From the NCBI GenBank assembly GCA_965249725.1, contig CBDFMQ010000002.1, positions 2,496,001 through 2,560,000 of the forward strand: 64,000 nucleotides of DNA, given 5' to 3'. The notes under the pieces were generated by a model. That model did not search any database. It was not told the origin of the DNA and saw only the letters and a list, made by a program, of their open reading frames with translations. The DNA is from Longimicrobiales bacterium (lineage in GTDB: Bacteria; Gemmatimonadota; Gemmatimonadetes; Longimicrobiales; Gaopeijiaceae). The translations under genes were made by a program, and so were the position numbers. Position 1 is the first letter of the stretch. Each line of letters opens with the position of its first letter. Positions 57,299 through 64,000 of the stretch are shown here, piece after piece.

Positions 57299-58941
57299 AT
57301 CTCGTCTTCGAGGCCCGTCATCTCCCACCGAATCAGCGACACCGGGATCATCCCAGCGGCGTGGAACTCGTCGACGAACCGGCCCAGGCTGAATTCGTCG
57401 CCGAGCTGCTGAGCCCGGTCCGCGAGCAGCTTGTCAATGGCGACTTTGCCGATCACGTAGCTGGTACCGTAGGTGGGCTGCTCCAAGTAGAGCTGCTGCT
57501 CACCCCAGACGGTGTTGCTTTCGGGCGGCATCCAGTTCCGCGGCGTCCACTTGGAAGCGTAGTCCACGGCCTCCTGGATGGTGTATTCATTGCTATGCAT
57601 CTTCAGGCCGCCCATCGCCCGGGCGGCACGCTGGGCCAACAGGATGTAGACGAGTTCCTGCGCTCTCGGCAGGTCGTCGAGGTATCCGGCACCCATGACC
57701 AGCTCTTCCATGCCGGTCGCGTAGCCCTCGGCCCGGGCGGACCAGATGTTGTAGAGTAGCGGGACCCGGCGAATGGGACTCGAGTGAGCCTCGGCATCCA
57801 TACGAGCCAGATCGAACCAGTGCGTTCCGTGCGCCCTCATCGGCAGCATGTTGCGATAGCTGACTTCACTGAAGAAGCCGATGTCACCCTCAGGAGGTGA
57901 GAAGCGCCCCTCACGGGCCATGAGCGCCGGCTCGGCATACTCGGGCACGGTGAAGAAGTCCTCACGATCGAGGAACCGGATGAACTCACGGACCGCTGCT
58001 CTATACTGGCGCTGATACTGGCCCTCCGACGAGATCAACGGGAGCTCGGACCGGTTGCGGTTCTTGTTCTCGAGCAGCTTCAGGTAGGCCCAGGACCGGC
58101 CCAATTCCCGCTCGACGATCGCGACCTGATCGGCCCAGGTGTAAGGCAGGAGCGCCACGTTCTTCAGGTACCAGTCGTATTCCTCCACCCCGACTCCCGA
58201 GGAAGCTGTCGTGCCGGCTTGCCGCTCCTCGATCCAAGCGATGTACTCGTCGACGGCGGCCTGGGCGGCCTCGGCGTCGGCCGAGAGGTCCGGGTAGTCG
58301 TCAGAGACCCGCTCCGCCAATCCTCCCAGCGTCCGACTCACGCCCCCCATGGCCCGCATGCTGAGGAACCAAAGGTCCGCAGCCTCGACGACGAGGTTCG
58401 TCTTCGCCTGCTCTAAGATGGCGGGCATGACGCTGACGCCCTCTTGGATCTCGGCCGCGCTTCGATCGGACAGCGGGAACTGGTAGGTCCAAAGTTCGAC
58501 GGCCCCGTGCATGACCTCGCCCTCACGGGCCGGAACGTCGGACTGGGACCCGTGAATGAGCATGTAGAATGCGGGATTTCTCGCCCAAGGGCGCAGCACC
58601 CGGTGGTCGAACTCCAGGCCGTTCATCTCGGCTCGGACGATGTGGTAGTCGACCTGCTCGGAGATGGGCCATCCCCCGGGGTCGATCGCCGCCAAACGGG
58701 TCTGGTATCCCCTGAGCTCCTGCGCCTGCTGGGCCATCGCGGCCGCGGTGTAGTCGGGCACGCCCTCGGTCACATCCGGAGCCTGAAAGCTCCGCCACTC
58801 CTGGTGGAGTGTGAGGAGGTCCTCATACCGGGTGCTCTGGGCCACGTCCTCTCCCGCCGGGGTCGATGCGCCCTGACAGGAAACGAGAAGCACCAGAGCT
58901 GCAACTACGGTCGGGCGAATCCGTGCGGTACGCATCAGCAT
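57283..58941 (-). CDS. DUF885 family protein, probable lipoprotein
   Basis: RPWARNPAFY, AEGYATGMEE, QPTYGTSYVIGK..I..L, FSLGRFVDEF...G.IP.SLI; lipobox-like LVSC. Confidence 0.8.
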   Translation of the reverse strand: MLMRTARIRPTVVAALVLLVSCQGASTPAGEDVAQSTRYEDLLTLHQEWRSFQAPDVTEGVPDYTAAAMAQQAQELRGYQTRLAAIDPGGWPISEQVDYHIVRAEMNGLEFDHRVLRPWARNPAFYMLIHGSQSDVPAREGEVMHGAVELWTYQFPLSDRSAAEIQEGVSVMPAILEQAKTNLVVEAADLWFLSMRAMGGVSRTLGGLAERVSDDYPDLSADAEAAQAAVDEYIAWIEERQAGTTASSGVGVEEYDWYLKNVALLPYTWADQVAIVERELGRSWAYLKLLENKNRNRSELPLISSEGQYQRQYRAAVREFIRFLDREDFFTVPEYAEPALMAREGRFSPPEGDIGFFSEVSYRNMLPMRAHGTHWFDLARMDAEAHSSPIRRVPLLYNIWSARAEGYATGMEELVMGAGYLDDLPRAQELVYILLAQRAARAMGGLKMHSNEYTIQEAVDYASKWTPRNWMPPESNTVWGEQQLYLEQPTYGTSYVIGKVAIDKLLADRAQQLGDEFSLGRFVDEFHAAGMIPVSLIRWEMTGLEDEIEKLW

Positions 58942-59086
58942 GCCAACCTCCTTAAGGGCGAGCTGGCGGGCCCCCCTTTGGATGGGAAAAGCGGTGTGCG
59001 ATTGTACTTCAGGCCGGCCCGCGCCACCAGCACGGCTCTAGAGTTCCTGATTGAGTCGTGGGTGCCCCCCCGGTAGATTGCCTGCC

Positions 59087-59869
59087 ATGAGCCCACCGGA
59101 CGATTCCTCCCGCCGTTACGGCGACCGTGAGATCGGCTTGATCCTGAAGCGTGCCACGGAGCTTCAGGACACCGCCCCAGAGCCGTCGGGAAGCGGGCTC
59201 TCCCTCGCGGAACTGGAAGAGATCGCCCTCGAGGCGGGAATCGATCCCACTCACCTTCGCCGCGCCGCGGCCGAGGTTGAGGCCGGGGCACCCGCATCGG
59301 GGATCTCCGCCGCCTTCCTCGGCACGTCACCCACGATCTCACTCGAGCGGGTCATCCAGGGAGAGATCGAGGAAGAGGTGTTCGAGATTCTCGTTCCCGA
59401 GATTCAACACGTGGATACCGGACAGGGCGTGCCCAGCCTCTTCGGCCGGACGCTGACCTGGCGCTCGAACACCCCGTCGAACACGCGGGCCCTCCAACTC
59501 ACCGTATCATCGCGCGATGGCGAGACACAGATCCGCATCGAAGAACAGCTCCACGGATTTGCCGGTGGACTCTTCGGTGGGCTCGTGGGGGGCGGCGGGG
59601 CGGGAATCGGGGTGGGCGTCGGTGTGGGGGTGGGCGTCGACGTGCTGGGATCGGTCCTTTTCAGCGTGGCCTTCCCGCTAGGTGTGATCGGGGGGTGCTA
59701 CCTGATCGCACGCTCCATTTTCGGTGCCACCGTACGCCGTAGACAGCGAACGCTGCACGGCTTGATGGACCGACTCACCGAGATCGTGAAGCGTGAGATG
59801 TCACGGAAGGAACTAGAGGGTGGCGAGCCCACCCAGGCGCTCCCGCCAGGGGATGCCGCACCCTCTTAA
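59087..59869 (+). CDS. Hypothetical membrane protein
   Basis: RRYGDREIGLILKRATELQ, GLSLAELEEIALEAGIDP..LRRAA, Gly-rich TM hairpin near the C-terminus. Confidence 0.75.
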   Translation: MSPPDDSSRRYGDREIGLILKRATELQDTAPEPSGSGLSLAELEEIALEAGIDPTHLRRAAAEVEAGAPASGISAAFLGTSPTISLERVIQGEIEEEVFEILVPEIQHVDTGQGVPSLFGRTLTWRSNTPSNTRALQLTVSSRDGETQIRIEEQLHGFAGGLFGGLVGGGGAGIGVGVGVGVGVDVLGSVLFSVAFPLGVIGGCYLIARSIFGATVRRRQRTLHGLMDRLTEIVKREMSRKELEGGEPTQALPPGDAAPS

Positions 59870-60014
59870 GTCGGCGGATCAGCGACTGTGCTGGCTCCCC
59901 CAGGCTTCGCAAGCGAATAGGACGTAGCCAACCCGGTTCCCGTTGCCGCCGGGAATGCGCCGCCGTATCCTCGACGATTCACCCTGCCTGCCTCACTCAC
60001 ACTCCGGAGCGCTC

Positions 60015-60950
60015 TTGGACCTCCTTCTACTGATCCTCGGCCTGGTCGCGCTCTGGCAGGGTACCGACTTCGCTCTGGAGGGCGCCCTCCGGATCAGCTC
60101 CCGATACGGTGTCTCGAGGGGCTTCGTCGGCCTCACCGTTCTAGCCATCGGCACCGGGCTGCCCGAGCTCGTCGTGGGGGTCGTCGGGGGCATGGAGCAG
60201 CTGAGCGGGATCGAGGCTTCGGGAGTCGTGGTCGGCAACATGACCGGGAGCGTCGTGGCTCAAGGCGCCCTGGTCCTGGGCGTATCGGGGCTCTTCACAT
60301 ACCTGCGGCTCGCCCCCCGCATGATCCGACGGGACGGGACGATCCTGCTGCTGGCCATCGGGCTGTTCGCGCTGGTGGGTAGTGACGGCGAAATCGCCCG
60401 CGCCGAAGGGGCGGTTTTGATCGTCGGCTACGCGATCTACCTGGTGGCGCTCTTGCAAGCCGAGCGGAACGGGAAGTATGCACCGAAGCCCCCGGAGGGA
60501 CGGGCCATCGTCGACTTCCTGACGGTGGCTCTCGGCCTCGCCACGGTGGTGGTCGCCGCGCACGTGGTGGTCCTCAACGCCATCTCCATCGCGGAGAGCT
60601 GGAACGTGAGTCAGACCGTCATCGGCATCTTCCTCGTCGGGGCGGGAACCAGCCTCCCCGAGTTGGCCCTGTCGGTCCGTGCCGCTGCCAAGGGGCAGTC
60701 GAGCATCTCGGTGGGGAACATCATCGGAAGCAACACCTTCGATCTGATGGTGCCCCTGGGGGCGAGTTCCCTGCTCTTCCCCCTCACGGTGAGCCGCGAC
60801 GTGCTGTTCATCGACGTGCCCGTCATGGTGATCATGACCATCACGGCGCTCTTCTTCTTCGTCCGGACGAAGGGACTCCAGAAGCGCGAGGCAATGACGC
60901 TTCTGATCATGTACGTCACCTACGTGGTCCTGCGCATCTTCATCCTTTAG
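60015..60950 (+). CDS. Ca2+/Na+ antiporter (CaCA, YrbG-like)
   Basis: Alpha repeats GLTVLAIGTGLPEL..GN..GS and GAGTSLPEL..VGNIIGSN.F. Confidence 0.9.
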   Translation: MDLLLLILGLVALWQGTDFALEGALRISSRYGVSRGFVGLTVLAIGTGLPELVVGVVGGMEQLSGIEASGVVVGNMTGSVVAQGALVLGVSGLFTYLRLAPRMIRRDGTILLLAIGLFALVGSDGEIARAEGAVLIVGYAIYLVALLQAERNGKYAPKPPEGRAIVDFLTVALGLATVVVAAHVVVLNAISIAESWNVSQTVIGIFLVGAGTSLPELALSVRAAAKGQSSISVGNIIGSNTFDLMVPLGASSLLFPLTVSRDVLFIDVPVMVIMTITALFFFVRTKGLQKREAMTLLIMYVTYVVLRIFIL

Positions 60951-61204
60951 GCCCGTGGACGGTCCTTACGGCCCCATTCCGGGGACCCCAGGCGCGGAGT
61001 CACCCGCTTCCAGTTGTAGGCACCCAGGGCTCCGACCACGGGCACCAGTCCCGCCTTCAGCAGCAGAACCCTACCATAGGGCGAGCCGAACAACCCGCCC
61101 CAGGATCCTACGTGAAGCCATGACGCGAAGAGTCCCTTGCCGACGAGGATTGCGACGCTCCCTATCGCCAGAGGGAAGAACGAGACGACGGCTCCGGGAA
61201 GCAC
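60947..61204 (-). pseudogene. CopD-like C-terminal fragment
   Basis: FPLAIGSVAILV..GLFASWLHVGS...FGSPYGRVLLLK..LV.....GAYNWKRVTPRL matches the last TM segments of CopD; N-terminal part absent. Confidence 0.6.
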
Positions 61205-61213
61205 GTCGCGCGC

Positions 61214-63638
61214 CTAGAACACCGGCTGATCCCGCTTCTTCAGGATGAACAACCCTTCCTGCAGGCTCGTCACGATGATCGTACCACTCTCGAAGAACGG
61301 ATAGTTGCTCCAGGCTCCACTGAACCCCGGGCCATCCTGGTACGGGGACGTGTCGAAAGAGCCCACCTCCCGCGGGTTTTCCGGGTCGGAGATATCGAGA
61401 ATGTGGAGTCCGTACCGGTAATTCGCCTGATAGACGTGGTCGTCCTTCACGTAGAGATTGTGGGCGCTCGCCGTCATCGAGCCCATGAACTGCTTGGTGA
61501 GGACCGGGTCGTCGACGTCGCTCAGATCCCAAATGAGCGTGCGGGTGGTCGGAACGTTGCCACGGACCACATCGCTCTCGTCGTCTACGTAGAAGAAGCG
61601 ATGGTCCTCCGTCAGCCAGCCCTGATGGATGTACGCCGAGTTGGGGGACGTAGCACGCGCTACCGCCACGGGGTTGTCTTTGTCCGTGACATCGGAGATC
61701 GCGAAGAATCCACCGTTCAGGTTGAGGCAGAGTTCTCGTCCCTGATAGTCCCGGTCCGGGCCGCGGTAGATGACGCACTGAGAGTCGTGCGTGCCGCGCT
61801 CCTCCACGAAACAACCCACGAACTCGGGGTTGAGAGGCTCCTGGATGTTCATCATGTGGAGCCCGCCGCCGCAGGTCTCGCCGCCGGCCCGGTTCCCGAC
61901 CGTGTAGGCGAAACCCGTCTCCTCATTGATGATGATGTTGTGGGAGCTTCCGAAACCCGTGTAGTGCACGTCGGGTTCGAAGAGCGCCGGTGGGTTCGCA
62001 ACGCTGCGCAACCGGGTCAGGTCGAAGACCTGCATGCCGTGGGCTCCGGCTCCATCCGCCACGATGAACGCGTGGTTCTTGTACGTCTTGATGTCGCGCC
62101 ACAACTGCGACGGTGGCGTGTCGGCCGGCTTGGGGAGATCACCGATGAGGACCGGATTCGTCGGATCCGTGATGTCGATGAACGAGGTGCCGTCGTTCCG
62201 GCCCACCAGAGCGTACTCCCGATTTGTGTCCGGATCCGTCCACCCCCAGTTGTCGTTTGTCCGGACACCGCGAGCATTGTGTCCGTCCCGGAGAATCGAG
62301 TTGGGCACGAAGGACAGGAGCTCCACGTCGTCGCAGTCGAAGGGGCCGACCTTGCCGTCGGTGCACCGCCGCTCCTCTCCCGTCAGAGCCCCGAGGGCGT
62401 CCGGGGCGCTCACCAATATGTCACCACCCTGCCAGTCTCCTGATGAATCGCGCTCGTAGACGTAGACGGCGCCTGACTGGTGGTGCATGCCCGTCGCCAC
62501 GACCGCCGCGACCCCACCGGCCGCGAAGATCTTGTCGCCGTAGGCGTCCCGGGTGACGGTCTCCGCGAGGCGCATCCGACGCGGGGCGTCGAGATAGCCC
62601 TCGTCACCGCCGCGGTACACGTATACGGAACCCATGTCGTTGCCCCTCGGAGCGGGCGCACCGACCCAGATGTCGCTGCCGTCCAGGGCCACGGCGTCAC
62701 CGAACCGGTCACCCGCGATGCTGTTGTACGCGGCGAGACGGGACTGCTCAGACCAAGCGCCCGAACCGGAGTCCCGTCGATAGAGGAAGGCTGCGCCGTG
62801 GCCGGCCCCGCTGCCCGGGGACCCGACGATCGCCGCGTCGCCCTGCATGGAGATCGAGACGCCGAAGTTGGCCCCCTGTTCGATCCTGGAGTCCAGTACG
62901 GCGGTCTCCCGCCAATCCCCATTCTCCAGCCTGAACTCGTAGACGCGGCCCACGCCCTCGATCTTGGTGTCGCCGAGGACGCTCCAATTCGGAGCACCGA
63001 TGAGCGTTCGTCCGTCCGCCACGACCACGGTGGCGCCGAAGCGGTCGTTTACCACGCCGTCCGAGGCCCGCATGCTGCCGCGCTGAACCCAGTCGCCTCC
63101 TGCGTCGCGCTGGAAAGCGTGGACCATTCCTGGCGGGATGTCCGGGACGCCGGCGCGGGGGCGTGGGGATCGTGCCCGGCTCCCCCACAAGGAGCCAGTC
63201 GCCGTCGGCCGCTATCTCGACGCCGAAGTCGGTTCCGCAGTAGCCATACTGACCACACCCCGGGTCGGTGCCGTTCACGCCATCGCCCGACACCGTGCCT
63301 GTGTGACGCCAGCTACGTCCATCCCGCTCGTAGGTGTGCAAAGGCCCGTTCCGCTGGCCGATGAACAGTGTGTTGCCGGTCGTCGCGAGCACCGTGCCGA
63401 ATCCGTCGGCTCGCTCCGTGTCGGGTGCCTGGATCCGGGCCGACTCCTGCCAAGCGTTGCCGGCCTTGCGGTAGACGTAGACCGCCCCGGACCGGAAGGT
63501 CGGGTTGGGCTCGGCGATGATCAGCTCGTCATCGCCTACGAGAACCGCGTTCCCGAACGAACCGGACTGTGCGAGAGCAGGTACTCCCGCGACGGCGAGG
63601 AGGGCGAAGGACATGAGAAGGGGACGCAACGAACGCAT
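61214..63638 (-). CDS. Choice-of-anchor B family exported protein with FG-GAP repeats (paralog 2), +1 frameshift at ~63160
   Basis: Signal peptide and FG-GAP repeats in the 63638 frame; NDNWGWTD, WRDIKTY, HQGWLTED, AWSNYPFFESG in the 61214 frame. Removing one G from G5 63157-63161 joins them. Confidence 0.85.
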
Positions 63639-63777
63639 GGGACCTCCAGGAATGGCGACTGATATCGACCTCCGCCGGTTGAATCAACCTCCGACGAACA
63701 GCGGTCGATCAACAAAGTAGGGGCGCCTGCCGACGGCGGCGAGAACCGCCCCTTGGATCTCCCCCTTGGATCTCCCC

Positions 63778-64000
63778 CTACGATCTCCGCATCGCCAGGC
63801 CCAGGAGAATCACCCCCCCGGCCGCCATGAGGAGCATGAGCACCATCGTGTCGACGAGACCCGATCGTGTTACCGCGAGAGGCGCGTCGAGCGGTGCGAT
63901 CACCTCGAGCACTCCACGCACGTCACCGTCGCTCCAGTCGGCCTTCGGCGTTTCCGGGTGGGCGTTGTGGCACGCGACGCACTCCGGGCGCATCAGGTCG
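63778..64000 (-). CDS. C-terminus of a Tll0287/DUF3365-like heme c protein (partial)
   Basis: DLMRPECVACHNAHPETPKADW..GDVRGVLEV followed by one TM segment and stop. Confidence 0.75.
   Translation of the reverse strand, partial: DLMRPECVACHNAHPETPKADWSDGDVRGVLEVIAPLDAPLAVTRSGLVDTMVLMLLMAAGGVILLGLAMRRS

Noticed and set aside
57151..57759. ORF with (LLPP)n repeats
   Set aside because: It is the antisense reading of the 12-bp tandem repeat and the DUF885 3' end.

Overview
High-GC chromosomal window with mostly housekeeping and envelope genes. The gene mix (four ADOP-type duplicated ABC permeases, three with PadR regulators; a Ser/Thr kinase with a PD40 propeller; two choice-of-anchor B proteins; DUF885, DUF4159, M28/M55 peptidases) suggests Gemmatimonadota or a similar lineage, which is an inference. 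It carries tRNA-Arg(CCG), RNase P RNA (rnpB) and a DUF222-HNH gene. I found no CRISPR array, rRNA, integrase or prophage. The most interesting locus is a tightly linked minus-strand operon at about 40.9-47.5 kb: an exported atypical-kinase/Omp85-like beta-barrel fusion, then ppk1, a Pycsar-type (DUF5706) membrane protein with no cyclase, and an exported MBL hydrolase. A signal-peptide histidine phosphatase is transcribed divergently. This may be a trans-envelope polyphosphate or phospho-transfer system. Other points: a ~185-bp unit that duplicates the tRNA 3' end, a sigma-54-type promoter before an unannotated 35-aa membrane peptide, candidate PadR operator arrays, short tandem repeats seeded at stop codons, several gene remnants, and three +1 homopolymer frameshifts plus an exact 134-bp duplication that are probably sequencing or assembly errors. 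Family assignments come from motif recognition by eye; no searches were run.
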